From positions 256,001 to 320,000 of the forward strand of contig CAXXWX010000015.1 in assembly GCA_963675745.2 (NCBI GenBank): 64,000 bases of DNA, given 5' to 3'. Below are positions 10,604 to 20,998 of the stretch, one piece after another (within the stretch, counting starts at the first letter, position 1; every line of letters begins with the position of its first letter). A program made the translations under genes and the position numbers. Source of the stretch: Phycisphaerae bacterium (GTDB taxonomy: Bacteria > Planctomycetota > Phycisphaerae > UBA1845 > Fen-1342). The notes beneath the pieces are model-generated. The model did no database searches and had not been told where the DNA came from. It saw only the letters and a list, made by a program, of their open reading frames with translations.

Positions 10604-11902
10604 TCACTCTGGTGTCTTCTCGCCAGGACCGATGAGGAACACCAGCATGTCCTCACAGCGCGCCGCCCAGGCACCCTCGTCGTGGAACGCCCCAGGGTAT
10701 TCGGCGTAGTGCTGTCGACCTTCGCAGGTGAGGCCCCTTTTCTCAAGTAGCGCGGACAATTCTCGACAGGTACGCAGGTAACGCGACGGCTTGCTCGTCC
10801 GCGCCTCTTCCCGCGAGACGACGTCTCCACGACCGACTTCGACCCAGAGCTTCGCGTCGGCGGGGAACTTGGTCTCGCGGACGAGCGTCATGATGCGAAA
10901 ATCACTCCACCAGATCGACGGCGCGATCACGCCGAAGCGGCTGAACGTCTCTGAATACTCGCACGCGGCGTATAGTGAGATCAATCCGCCCAGCGAGCTG
11001 CCCGCGATGTACGTGTGCGCGCGATCGGGCAGCGTCCGGTAGCGCTGATCGATGAACGGCTTAACCGTCTTGGCAATAAACGTCAGATACGCATCACCAT
11101 CGCCACCACCGTATTTAGCGTCAGCGAACGGCGTGTATTCATCGGCGCGCGCCGGCGTGTTCTCAATCCCCACGACAATGCACGGCGCGATCGCCCCGGA
11201 CTTGATCAAACGCTCGGCCGCTTCGTCAACGCCCCACTCCACGCCCGCAAACGCCGTCGCGGCGTCAAAGATGTTCTGGCCGTCGTGCATGTACAGCACC
11301 GGGTAGCGCTTCGTCGGAGATTCGTCGTAGCCCGGCGGCACGTAGACCAGGATGTCACGCCGGTTCTTCAGCTCGTGAGATTCGAAATCCTTGTGATCGC
11401 GGATATCGCCGCTGCGCGAGGATGGCGGACGCGCCTGGCGGCGTTCGGTGCGGTCGGCAAACAGCACCTGTGCCCAGGGCGGCGGCTCCTGATCCGCCCA
11501 GCGCGGTACTTCGTGAACGACAACGACCTCACGCTGCTCGCTTGAGAGCTTCAGCCGGCGATTGGGAATCTCTCCACCCTCGGGGCCCTTCTCAACCGAC
11601 AGCCAGCTTTTCTCACGCTGGAACTTGTACTCAAACAGTTGCCCCGGCGGCAATTCAAACGTCGCCGCGTATACCCCCGGCGACACACGGCGTAACTCCC
11701 GCCCGCCGTCCGGCCACCCGTCCTGCCTCATCGAGCAGTAGATCACGCCAGGGGCGGTTGTGTCGATCGGCGGCGTCACGACCACGAAATGCACTGGTAA
11801 ATCCTCCCCTTCGCGCGACGGCACGTCGGTCGCTATCGCCGTCAACCCCAACAGCCCCACGCCGGCCCACGCCAGCACCACACACCAAGCCCGCATTCGC
11901 AT
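10604..11902 (-). CDS. secreted alpha/beta-hydrolase (esterase family) with N-terminal CBM20-like domain
   Basis: RYPVLYMHDGQN, GSSLGG nucleophile elbow, HDEGAW; N-terminal FEYKF..W..VEK.....EIPNR. Confidence 0.85.
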   Translation of the reverse strand: MRMRAWCVVLAWAGVGLLGLTAIATDVPSREGEDLPVHFVVVTPPIDTTAPGVIYCSMRQDGWPDGGRELRRVSPGVYAATFELPPGQLFEYKFQREKSWLSVEKGPEGGEIPNRRLKLSSEQREVVVVHEVPRWADQEPPPWAQVLFADRTERRQARPPSSRSGDIRDHKDFESHELKNRRDILVYVPPGYDESPTKRYPVLYMHDGQNIFDAATAFAGVEWGVDEAAERLIKSGAIAPCIVVGIENTPARADEYTPFADAKYGGGDGDAYLTFIAKTVKPFIDQRYRTLPDRAHTYIAGSSLGGLISLYAACEYSETFSRFGVIAPSIWWSDFRIMTLVRETKFPADAKLWVEVGRGDVVSREEARTSKPSRYLRTCRELSALLEKRGLTCEGRQHYAEYPGAFHDEGAWAARCEDMLVFLIGPGEKTPE

Positions 11903-12189
11903 GGGCACCCTCCGGCCACCATCCAGCACACTATCGGCCCACGCAACTGTAACCAGCGACCAACCACGCCACAAGCGCCGCCGTCATCGCGGCACCTCTG
12001 TAGGATAGGTCAAGCGCAGCGAAACCCGCCATTCACGCGGTATTTGATGATTGGTCGCAATACGGGCACGCCGTTGGCGTTTGACCTACTCGGAGTGCAA
12101 CTCCCGGATCAAACCACCCGGGGGATTGAAATCGAGGGTGTGCCTCCGCACTCCGCAGGCATGTTTCCCCCAAACAGACAGGAGGTTCT

Positions 12190-13773
12190 GTGATGCACGG
12201 AGTTCGCATTTGGTGTGGCGTCACCGTGCTGGCCGCCGCCACAGCACTGATGTCAGTTGGTTGTGCCGACGTAGTCGATCTCAACCAGCTCGCAGACTCG
12301 CTCATCGATTCCTTTGCCAGCAACGGACCGGCAAACGCAGGCGCGCAACCGGCCGATGGCAACAGCTCCCCCGCGGGGTACGCCGGCGATCCACGGCCGA
12401 CCGACCCGCTTGGCCCGGGAGATGATCCCATCGATGACGTGTTCCTGCTCGACGAGGGTCTTGTCGAAGACGTGAACGGCGTTGTCGAAGGATTCGACGC
12501 ACAGGCGGTCGACCCGGCGGAGAAATCCAATGCATTTCGCGCCTTGGCCAAGCCACTCGACCCCGAGACCGAAATGGTCCCGGTCGATACCGAACCGGTC
12601 GACGCCACTTTCGGTGAGGCTGGCGAACTGTACCGCGTGCCGAATGGCGACAGCGTGCGCGTGGCGCTCGACGACCTCACGCCGTACGTGGCCGGTGATG
12701 ACGAAGACCCGGAGTTCGTTGAGCATGGCTGGCTCGCGGGGCTTTTCTGGAATGATGGCCGCGACGGCGACTCGTTCGTCAATCCCGGCGTCTTCCGCGG
12801 ACGCTGGATGGCCGCCGACGGTCAGCCGCTGGGCGTATTGCGCGGGCATTACCATCCAGTCCCGGCTGACATGCTGCCGCCCGGGATAGTGGCCGGCGGT
12901 CTGTTCCACGGGAAGTATGTGGATATGCGCGGCAGGTTCCGCGGCATTCTGCACGGCCGCTATGGCCGTGGCGAAGACAACATCCCGCGGTTCTTCGGAC
13001 GCTGGTACGATCGTGACATGCGCCTGGCGGGCGTGCTGATGGGACACTGGTGGGACATCCCGCCAACGCGTGGCGGTGTCTTCGCCGGTCGCTGGGCGGC
13101 TTTCGACATCTGTGAAGAGATTCTTTCGCTGCCGTGGCACGAGTTTGATCCGGGTGACGTCGGCGACCTCGACCCCAACGATTACATCGTGCCGGACCAA
13201 CCGGACCTGCCCGACGTGCCGCCGCTGGGACTCCTGCCGGCGGAAGAAGCCGGTGATACGTGGCGTCAAGCCAACGGTCCGGACGACCCCGATGACAACC
13301 CTCCGCCTCCACCCTGCATCGACCCGGCCTTGCCCTTTGGCGTATTCCATGGCCGGCACATACCATTCCCGCCCGACGGCGAAACACCGCTGCCCGGCGG
13401 CGAATTGCACGGTGCGTGGCACGGGATGCCCTCCGAGAGCTTCGGCTTCCTGAATGGCTACTATATGCCGCTCGGCGAGCCGGAGGACCCCAACGCAGCG
13501 CCACCCGAGCAGCCGCCCAGCGGGGGAATCATCCACGGCGTGTTCTTCGCGGTCTATGGCGATCCTGGCGGAAACGTGGTGGGATACCTGCGCGGCGCAT
13601 ATGGCCGCAGCACTCATCGTCTGGGTGTGTTTCGCGGCGAGTATCTTGACGCCGACCTGATGGTGATCGACGAGATCTTCGGCCGATCGAGCATCGGAAT
13701 TCCACGGATTCCCGGCGGCCCGTTCAGCGGCGTGTTCAAAGGCGATCCGGCGTTGCCCGCGCCGCCTGAGTAA
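12190..13773 (+). CDS. hypothetical lipoprotein with internal Gly/aromatic repeats
   Basis: GGAGG RBS; signal ending SVGC; about nine G.F.G.(W/Y) repeats in two blocks. Confidence 0.8.
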   Translation: MMHGVRIWCGVTVLAAATALMSVGCADVVDLNQLADSLIDSFASNGPANAGAQPADGNSSPAGYAGDPRPTDPLGPGDDPIDDVFLLDEGLVEDVNGVVEGFDAQAVDPAEKSNAFRALAKPLDPETEMVPVDTEPVDATFGEAGELYRVPNGDSVRVALDDLTPYVAGDDEDPEFVEHGWLAGLFWNDGRDGDSFVNPGVFRGRWMAADGQPLGVLRGHYHPVPADMLPPGIVAGGLFHGKYVDMRGRFRGILHGRYGRGEDNIPRFFGRWYDRDMRLAGVLMGHWWDIPPTRGGVFAGRWAAFDICEEILSLPWHEFDPGDVGDLDPNDYIVPDQPDLPDVPPLGLLPAEEAGDTWRQANGPDDPDDNPPPPPCIDPALPFGVFHGRHIPFPPDGETPLPGGELHGAWHGMPSESFGFLNGYYMPLGEPEDPNAAPPEQPPSGGIIHGVFFAVYGDPGGNVVGYLRGAYGRSTHRLGVFRGEYLDADLMVIDEIFGRSSIGIPRIPGGPFSGVFKGDPALPAPPE

Positions 13774-13854
13774 AGCGTGCCTCGGCGACGGCCCCTCCCT
13801 GGCAGAACGGAGCATAGCCAGCGCGCTCACGCAGCAGCAGTCGATTAGAAGACA

Positions 13855-13887
13855 AGTAGCCCAGGGCCCGCCACGCCCTGGGCTACT
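13855..13887. terminator. perfect hairpin between convergent genes (GTAG...CTAC REP-like, possible terminator)
   Basis: AGTAGCCCAGGGC-N7-GCCCTGGGCTACT; no strong U-tract. Confidence 0.55.
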
Positions 13888-13971
13888 CGCCGTTTTGGCT
13901 GTGTTGACCGCGGCCCTCGACGGCAGGTCTTGCTGCGCTCGACCTACCCTACCGCTACGTCCGACCCGCTA

Positions 13972-15282
13972 TTAAACGATGGCGACGCGTTGGCCGGCGA
14001 TCCAGACACCGACCGGCGCCGGCGCGAGCGCGATGAGATCGCCGACCGGGTCACTGGTGTTGCTCTGACAGGGAAACGCCGCCAGGTCTGCCTGCTTGTC
14101 CGTCTCGAGTGAGCCGATCTTGTCCGCGAGCCCCAGCGCACGCGCGCCCTCGAGCGTCGCCATCCGAAGCAAGTCGTGCGCGGTCAGCTCCGGGTGCCCC
14201 ACCCCCTGGGGTGGGGGACTGACCGGGCCCAGTTCGTCGGTGCTCGCTTGCCGCATCTCGGGCTGACCATTCCGCACATCGGCCGACGACCCGCCCTTCA
14301 ACGCGCGCAATTCCGCCAAAATCGACAGGTCGTCATTACTCGCCGCGCTGTCCGTACCAATCGCTACCGGCACGCCACCGCGGATCAAGCGCGAGAACGC
14401 GTGCGGCGGGTGACCGAAAAAGCGGTGTGCGCGCGGGCAGTACATTACGACGTGCCCGGCATCGGCGAGAGATTCGATCTCCTCGTCGCCGGCTATGTAG
14501 TTCACGTGCGCCAGCGCTCCGGGCGCACCGTCGCCGACACAGCGCGCCAGGTATGCTATCGGCGACAACTCGGGCGTGTGCAACCCGATGCGACTCATGA
14601 GTGGACGAATGAACACCGGCAAGGCCTTGGCATCACCGTGCACAAACGCCACCTCTTCCGCCGTCTCCGCCCAGTGTGTACACCACGGCCGGCCCAACTC
14701 CGTCGCCAACCTGATCGAGCCACGAATGTGCGTTTCCGGCACGGAATACGGCGCGTGCGGTGAGACACCGACGGTCAGCAGGTCGTCCTCCTCAACCGCC
14801 CTCACCGCCTCTCGCAGCTCGGCGACATTGCGCGGCGGCTCCCCGGCGATTGAGAGCAGCTCTACAAAACAAACCTTGCGGACCGGTACTTCCTTGAGTA
14901 CGTCCCACGCCAGATTACGCCGTGATATGTCGCCCACACACGTCACCCCCGCGCGCAACGACTGCCAGGCGCCGTCCCGCACCGCCCGCTGCTCGCGTTC
15001 GACCTGCCCGGGCATGGAGCGCAGCAGCACGAGCCTGCCGACCCATGTCCAGAACGACGCGCGCGGGAGCTTGCCGGCGTAGCACGTCAATTCCAGGTGC
15101 GTGTGCGGATTGACCAGCCCGGGCGTGAGAATCGCGTCGCCCAGGTCGATTACATCCTCGCCGCGATGGGCAAGTGGGTCATATACCCCCAGATCGCCGA
15201 TCAGGTCGCCGCGCGTCTTGATGAACCCGTCGCGGATGGGTGGAGCCGTAACGGGGACAATCCAACGTGCTCTGAGGATCAT
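13972..15282 (-). CDS. amidohydrolase family deaminase (MTA/SAH or aminodeoxyfutalosine deaminase-like)
   Basis: PGLVNPHTHLE, SPHAPYSV, THWAET, GTDSAASN, GSLETDKQAD. Confidence 0.85.
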   Translation of the reverse strand: MILRARWIVPVTAPPIRDGFIKTRGDLIGDLGVYDPLAHRGEDVIDLGDAILTPGLVNPHTHLELTCYAGKLPRASFWTWVGRLVLLRSMPGQVEREQRAVRDGAWQSLRAGVTCVGDISRRNLAWDVLKEVPVRKVCFVELLSIAGEPPRNVAELREAVRAVEEDDLLTVGVSPHAPYSVPETHIRGSIRLATELGRPWCTHWAETAEEVAFVHGDAKALPVFIRPLMSRIGLHTPELSPIAYLARCVGDGAPGALAHVNYIAGDEEIESLADAGHVVMYCPRAHRFFGHPPHAFSRLIRGGVPVAIGTDSAASNDDLSILAELRALKGGSSADVRNGQPEMRQASTDELGPVSPPPQGVGHPELTAHDLLRMATLEGARALGLADKIGSLETDKQADLAAFPCQSNTSDPVGDLIALAPAPVGVWIAGQRVAIV

Positions 15283-15283
15283 T

Positions 15284-16162
15284 TCAGCGCAGCCGGCTGG
15301 TTTCGCGGATCTTGGGCGATGGGGGTTGGGCCAGATCGGCAATCGCGGCGATGTTCTTGCTGGCCGAGTCGCGCGATGTCGGCCGACCATTGCGTCGCAA
15401 TACGTCCAGCAACCGCTCCATCACGCACGGCAGCAACTCGACCGCCGCCTCAACACGCTGGCGCTCGATCCCCTCATCCAACACCTCGCCGCGCTCGAAC
15501 GGACGAGCGCTGCTGCCGCTCTCGGCGTAGTTCGCCACGTAGCAGGCACAGGCATACGAAAGCTGCAATTCCTTGGTCAAAAACGCCTCTGGAGCCAGTG
15601 CCCGGCCTATCAGGTCTCCACCAAACGACGCGTACTTGCGCACCTCGGCGGGCGTGTCCTGGCGGTGACCTTCGACACACACGTACACGCCGCGATCGGT
15701 GAATTCACAATTCGCCTCGCGCAGCGCCGTGGCCAGATCGAGCCGCAGAGCCGTGCTGAACACGGGCCACTGGCGCACGTTGGCGGCATCGAGCGTCTCT
15801 TGAAAAGACAACGGCGGCGAGACGGTCTCGTCAACCAGATCGGCAACCAGCACAAACTGCCCAACGCGGTAATTGTGGCTGATCGCCTTGGCATCATTCC
15901 ACGCGACGACCGTCGCGACGCCAAGCTGCTTGAGTGCGTAGAGGTTCGCCCGGTAGTTGATCGCGTGCGGTGAGACCGGCTCGCTTTGCGTGCCAAACCG
16001 TGCCAGAAACGCATACTGACCGTGCTCGGTGTCACAAAGAAAGACCGGCTGCGACTCGCCATAGGGCGTCGCTTGCGCGCCCAGCGACTCGGTCAGACAG
16101 TCGCGCTCGGCAAGTGAGCTGTGCGCGGCGATTCCGCCAATACAGGCCACAGACGCGGGCAT
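15284..16162 (-). CDS. MTAP/PNP-family nucleoside phosphorylase-like protein (divergent)
   Basis: TPYG, INYRANLYALKQLGV, GVYVCVEG...TPAE, PEAFL.KEL. Confidence 0.8.
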   Translation of the reverse strand: MPASVACIGGIAAHSSLAERDCLTESLGAQATPYGESQPVFLCDTEHGQYAFLARFGTQSEPVSPHAINYRANLYALKQLGVATVVAWNDAKAISHNYRVGQFVLVADLVDETVSPPLSFQETLDAANVRQWPVFSTALRLDLATALREANCEFTDRGVYVCVEGHRQDTPAEVRKYASFGGDLIGRALAPEAFLTKELQLSYACACYVANYAESGSSARPFERGEVLDEGIERQRVEAAVELLPCVMERLLDVLRRNGRPTSRDSASKNIAAIADLAQPPSPKIRETSRLR

Positions 16163-16316
16163 CCTGGCGCTCCTGGTTTCGTGGATCAACAGCGTTACGA
16201 TGTCCCGGGTCGCGGTCCGCCGTGTCCCGACCCCCCGGCGGAACACCACGTCCGCCGATTATTACCCATCTGGCTGCCACGGAGGTTCCTGGCACTAGAG
16301 CAAACTACGTTTGCCC

Positions 16317-16399
16317 GTAGCGTCCGACCCCCGAGTCGGACGTGTTCAAGCAGCTTGCGTTCTTTCGAGGTCACGGCCGACTCGGGGGTCGGCCGCTAC
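16317..16399. repeat. inverted GTAG-REP doublet (REPIN-like)
   Basis: GTAGCGTCCGACCCCCGAGTCGGACG ... CGGCCGACTCGGGGGTCGGCCGCTAC. Confidence 0.85.
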
Positions 16400-16547
16400 G
16401 CTGTAAGGTAAAGCGCGCTGGAACGCCAGACAGTATAAGAGGCGCGCCGCGGGACGTAAAGATACTGTTCAAAGCACGCACGCCGGCATGTTACGTAAAT
16501 GCCGTGACTGTCGCTGATTACGGTGTGCGCGTCATATTCGCCGAACC

Positions 16548-17882
16548 TCAGCCGGACTTGCGGAGCGGATCGTGGCGGATGTCGCGCGCGATGTTGTGCA
16601 GGTGCTCCAGCGCGCGGGGCGCGATGAGCACGTCCAGGATAGCGCGTCCCTCCTCAAACCGCCGATCGATCACCTCCGCAAAACGCTCGAGGAAGCTAAG
16701 CGCCTTGCCATCGCCGGCCGGGACCGAAAGCGTGAGTGGCTTCTGCTCACCGCGCACAGCCTCCAACACCAGATCGCGCAGCCCTTCCAACCCCTCGCCC
16801 GTCTTTGCCGAACCGAGCACGACACGCTCGTGACCATTGCGCAGCAGCGTGATCGCCGCATGATCCTCGGCGATGTCCGCTTTGTTCAGCATCAGAATCG
16901 ACGGTTTCTGATCGGCACCCAACTCGGTCAGAACCGCGTTCACCGCTTCGACCTGTTGATCGGCATCCGCGCTCGAGCTGTCCACGACGTGAATAAGCAG
17001 ATCGGCGTGAATGGCCTCCTCCAGCGTGGCCCGGAATGAGGCCACCAGGTAGTGCGGCAGATCGCGGATGAAGCCGACCGTGTCCGAAAGCAGCACATGC
17101 CGCCCGCCGCCCAGCGACCACTTCCGCGTCAGCGTGTCGAGCGTCGCAAAAAGCCGGTCTTCCGTCGGCGTATCAGCCGCCGTCAGCGCGTTCATTAACG
17201 TGCTCTTGCCGGCGTTGGTGTAGCCCACCAGCGAGACGGTGAAGTGATCGTGGCGGGCGCGCACCTCGCGGGTGCGCCGCGCGTCGACTTCGCGCAGTTG
17301 CTGCTTCAGAAAGGCGACGCGCTTGCCGACGATGCGCCGGTCCATCTCGATCTGACGCTCACCCGGGCCGCGCGTACCGACGCCCCCCACCGCGCCCGCA
17401 CTTGTACCGCCGCCGGCGCCGGCAATGCGTTCGAGGTGCGTCCACATGCCGCGCAGGCGCGGGGCGGTGTATTCAAGCTGGGCGAGCTCGACCTGGAGCC
17501 GGGCTTCGTGTGTGCGCGCCCGGGAGGCGAAGATGTCGAGGATCAGCTCGCTGCGGTCGAGCACCTTGCACTCGATGGCTTTTTCAATTTCGCGGATCTG
17601 CGACGGCGACAGGTCGTTGTCGAAAATGACCACGTCCGCCTCGTAGCCGGCAACCTTCTGGCGGATTTCTTCGAGCTTGCCCTTACCGACGCACGTGGCC
17701 GGATCAAACGACCGCCGGCGTTGCACCACGCGGCCGACCGGCTCACACCCGGCCGAACGTGTCAGCTCAGCAAGCTCAGCCAATGGATCGCCGATGAGCT
17801 GTGTCTGGTGAGGCAGCACGCCAACCAGGACCGCCTGTTCGGGCCGCACGTCTTTTCGCTCGCGTGTTTCGTACTCCACCAC
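16548..17882 (-). CDS. hflX: ribosome-splitting GTPase HflX
   Basis: LILDIFASRA.THEA.LQVELAQL, RGPGE, GYTNAGKST, LFATLD, DTVGFI, NKAD; GTG start inferred after GGAG. Confidence 0.97.
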   Translation of the reverse strand: MVEYETRERKDVRPEQAVLVGVLPHQTQLIGDPLAELAELTRSAGCEPVGRVVQRRRSFDPATCVGKGKLEEIRQKVAGYEADVVIFDNDLSPSQIREIEKAIECKVLDRSELILDIFASRARTHEARLQVELAQLEYTAPRLRGMWTHLERIAGAGGGTSAGAVGGVGTRGPGERQIEMDRRIVGKRVAFLKQQLREVDARRTREVRARHDHFTVSLVGYTNAGKSTLMNALTAADTPTEDRLFATLDTLTRKWSLGGGRHVLLSDTVGFIRDLPHYLVASFRATLEEAIHADLLIHVVDSSSADADQQVEAVNAVLTELGADQKPSILMLNKADIAEDHAAITLLRNGHERVVLGSAKTGEGLEGLRDLVLEAVRGEQKPLTLSVPAGDGKALSFLERFAEVIDRRFEEGRAILDVLIAPRALEHLHNIARDIRHDPLRKSG

Positions 17883-17999
17883 GTCTCCGCATGTCCCGCC
17901 ACAGTGTGACACCGGCCCCGCCGGCCGGTCGTCAGCCAGTACATGATACTCAATCCGCGCCGGCCGCGTCGAGCAAACCGCCCGATCTGCCCAAACGCC

Positions 18000-18270
18000 G
18001 TGGCCGTGGCATCTGCGGCGGGAATTCCGCGCCCGTGGTTTCCGAGTTGTCCGCCCCGCAGGGGCATCTGAATCTAGCCCAGCACGCAGTGCTGGGTTTC
18101 GGTCGCGTAGGTTGCCGCCAAGTCCCGCATGGGACGACTGAATGCTCAGTCGTCCCGGTGGGACTTGGTTCTCACGAGGCCACAACGGCCCCAGCACTGC
18201 GTGCTGGGCTATGTTCAGTGCGTCCCTGCGGGACGGCATGGCTACCATTTGCCGATTGTGTCACGGACTC
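18000..18270. mobile_element. MITE (IS256-like ends) filled with a REP palindrome cluster
   Basis: ends GTGGCCGTGGCA / TGTCACGGACTC; flanked by CCAAACGCC (17991-17999) and CCAAACACC (18271-18279); internal arms match 53892-53993. Confidence 0.8.
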
Positions 18271-18433
18271 CCAAACACCGTGGCCGCCGACGCCCTCGTC
18301 CGCCGTGGAGACCCATAGGCGCCGCCGTGACGCGGATTCGGACGTGGCGCGCACCGGCGGCGGCGTTATGCTCAGTGCAGCAGGATCGCCGCGCGCATGT
18401 GCGAGCATGTTTGTCGCGGGAAGGAGTACGCCG

Positions 18434-18853
18434 ATGGCGCTGAGCGCTTTTGACGACAAGACACACAAACCCGAGGCCGATGAGTTGGCGCAGGTGCTGG
18501 GGCGGTCCGGCAGACTCTGGAACGAGCTGACGGCTGGCTTGTCAGCTCAGTATGATCCGCTCGGCCAGGAGTGGCGATTCAGCGGCCAGAACTGGGGCTG
18601 GTCGTTACGGCTGAAACATAAAAAGCGGGCGATCGTGTACCTCACCCCCTGCAAACGCCATTTCCTGGCCGGCTTTGCGCTCGGCGAGAAGGCGGCGAAA
18701 GCGGCCCACGCCGCCGGGTTGCCGCCCCAGGTGCTGGAGTGTATCGACAACGCGACAAAATACGCCGAAGGGCGCGCCGTTCGGCTGGAAGTCAGGACCA
18801 GGAAAGACCTCGCCGCCGTCCAGCAGGTCGTGGCGCTCAAGATGGCGAATTAG
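18434..18853 (+). CDS. DUF3788-like protein
   Basis: AAGGAG RBS; W..L..........EW.FSG..WGWSLRLK.KKRAIVYL.P, KYAEG. Confidence 0.75.
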   Translation: MALSAFDDKTHKPEADELAQVLGRSGRLWNELTAGLSAQYDPLGQEWRFSGQNWGWSLRLKHKKRAIVYLTPCKRHFLAGFALGEKAAKAAHAAGLPPQVLECIDNATKYAEGRAVRLEVRTRKDLAAVQQVVALKMAN

Positions 18854-18971
18854 ACGACGGCGTGGGGCGCACAACGCCGCCGGCGCCGCACATTCGGTAG
18901 GGTAGGTCGAGCGCGGCGTGACCTGCCGCTGCAAATGCCATTCGGCCTTGAGTCGATGCGGGAGAGTGGGC

Positions 18972-19640
18972 ATGACCTGCCGCGTGATCTTCATCCTCAC
19001 CATGGCGCTCACCACGGCCCCCGGCTGCACTAACGCCCCGCACGCGCTGCGGATGTCCGTCGCTCCGACAACGGAACAATTCCCGGTGGGAGAGGATATC
19101 CACCTGCTGGCCACGCTGACGGCAGCCAGGGATCGCGTGGCGTTGGGCCGCGCAAGTCAGTTCCGCGCCAGGCTCGTGCACGACGAGACCAGACGGCGCT
19201 ACAGGAGTGACGCCCCCGTACTCTGCGGATGTCCGTCGGCGGTGCTCTGGCCGATTGCGTATCCGCTGATGAAACTCGACCTGGCCGACGTCGGTGGACG
19301 CTACCGCATCATTGCACCGGGGCGCTCCGAGTCAATCCAAGTCAGCGTTGTCCTGCCCGAAGCCGGCGACATGTGGGTTAGTGAAACAGACGCCGACACC
19401 CACGGCGGCGTCGAGAACCATCTGCCGCCCGGAACATATCGCGCCGACGTGGAGCTACGCTGTAGCAGCCCGCCCCCGCCCCTGTTCTGGATCCCCTACA
19501 CGCACACGCTGACCGCCACATGTGAGTTCAGCATCGTCGAGCAGACCGCGCGCCGGCAAGACCGGGCGGATCGCGCGACCAGGCCAGGAGTAACCCGCAA
19601 GTGTGCCACTGCTATCTCGGCGCCAGAAAAATCATCCTGA
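18972..19640 (+). CDS. hypothetical lipoprotein
   Basis: hydrophobic leader ending APGC; Ig-like beta pattern (LPPGTY.....L). Confidence 0.6.
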   Translation: MTCRVIFILTMALTTAPGCTNAPHALRMSVAPTTEQFPVGEDIHLLATLTAARDRVALGRASQFRARLVHDETRRRYRSDAPVLCGCPSAVLWPIAYPLMKLDLADVGGRYRIIAPGRSESIQVSVVLPEAGDMWVSETDADTHGGVENHLPPGTYRADVELRCSSPPPPLFWIPYTHTLTATCEFSIVEQTARRQDRADRATRPGVTRKCATAISAPEKSS

Positions 19641-19702
19641 CACCTTTGTTTCCTTGACACCTTTGTTTCCTTGACACCTTTGTTTCCTGACACCTTTGTT
19701 TC
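19636..19702. repeat. four tandem 16-17 bp repeats (CC(T)TGACACCTTTGTTT)
   Basis: direct reading; inverse motif AAAGGTGTCAGG at 20999-21082. Confidence 0.9.
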
Positions 19703-19966
19703 ATGTGAAAGCACGATTCTTGATGGTCTCACGTTCATAGCAGCCGCCAGGATACCCCACCCCGCCCGGTCCGCAAGCCCCGAATGTTGCGCGTTTCGGA
19801 CGCGGCGGGGTGGAATAGGGCGTCGCCATTCGCATCCCTGCCCATGATTTGGTACGCTGGTGAGCGCGGTTGGGTCAGCGTGAGCGAGGCATTCCCGATT
19901 CAGCAGTTCTTGCAGACGAGACGTCTCGCGAATCGCTCAAGTCAGGCCAGCGAGGAGGAGAGGATC

Positions 19967-20851
19967 ATGATGAGGGACTGCGGGCATTGTGTGTTTTGGC
20001 GGGGGCAATAGTGCTCGCCGGCGTCGCCGTTGCGGACGAAGCCACGAGGGGCGACATTGACATTTTCTTCTCAGAGAGCAACACGATTCAGCACATGCAG
20101 CCACAGGTGCCGGAAGTAGTCGTGGACGTCAGCGGTGGCCCGGTGGTCAAACGACTGTACATCTGGGCGAATATCGACCTGAACGATCACGCGCTGTGGA
20201 ACGGCTTGGGTCGGGGGTAAGTTGCTCGAGTTCAGCACGACTGGACATGCCACCGTCACCGGCGGTGAGTACTATAACCCGAACCACGGTCCGGCGACGG
20301 GCGCGGGCGACTGGCAGGACTGGAAGAAGTTCCGCTGGTTGAATGGTTACAATGGTTCGTACCCCAACTCGGAGCCTTGGAACCCAATACCCGCCGTCCC
20401 CGGTGATCCCGTCTACTCGGACTGGGAACTCAACGCGATTGGCATTGTCCACCCCAGCCTGCCATTCGTGAACGCCCTCGGGCGGCAGCCCGCGTTCGGC
20501 AACGATGGCCTCGGCGGCGGCGCGGCGTCTGGTGACGACCTATTGGCGTACGCCGACTACTTCCCCGAGACCAACACCTGGACCGGCTCGTACCTGCTCG
20601 GCCACATTGACGTCGAGGTCACGAGCACGGCTGGGCCGCCGACCGTTAACTTCGCCGTCAGTCCGGGCTGGATTACGCAGCAGGGCGACACCGATCCGTG
20701 GTCGACCGTGGCGTTTGGTCTCAACGACCCGATCGACGGCCGCACCGACCACAACATGGATCCCAGTTCCTATCCCGACGTGACGTTCATACCCGAGCCC
20801 GCCAGCCTCGTGCTGCTGGCTCTTGGCGCGTCGCTCATTCGCCGCCGCTAG
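19967..20851 (+). CDS. PEP-CTERM protein, apparently frameshifted twice (~19975 and ~20212)
   Basis: GAGGAGGAG RBS before ATG 19967; signal peptide LRALCVLAGAIVLAGVAVA lies in another frame; C-terminal FIPEPASLVLLALGASLIRRR. Confidence 0.8.
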
Positions 20852-20998
20852 GCCCACAACCACGCGCCCAGCCGCCACAAACGCCCTCTAGCGTATCCGG
20901 TGGCACTAGGGTACCCGGCACGTCTAGCACGTCGCCTACAGCCTGCCGGACACGTCGCGTAGCCTACGCGGAACAGAAACGGTGTCGGGAACAGAAAC

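Noticed and set aside
19967..20222. Phase variation or true disruption of the second PEP-CTERM gene
   Set aside because: The indels lie at short G runs of only 3-5 nt, too short for typical phase variation, and match the error pattern seen in the GH4 gene.
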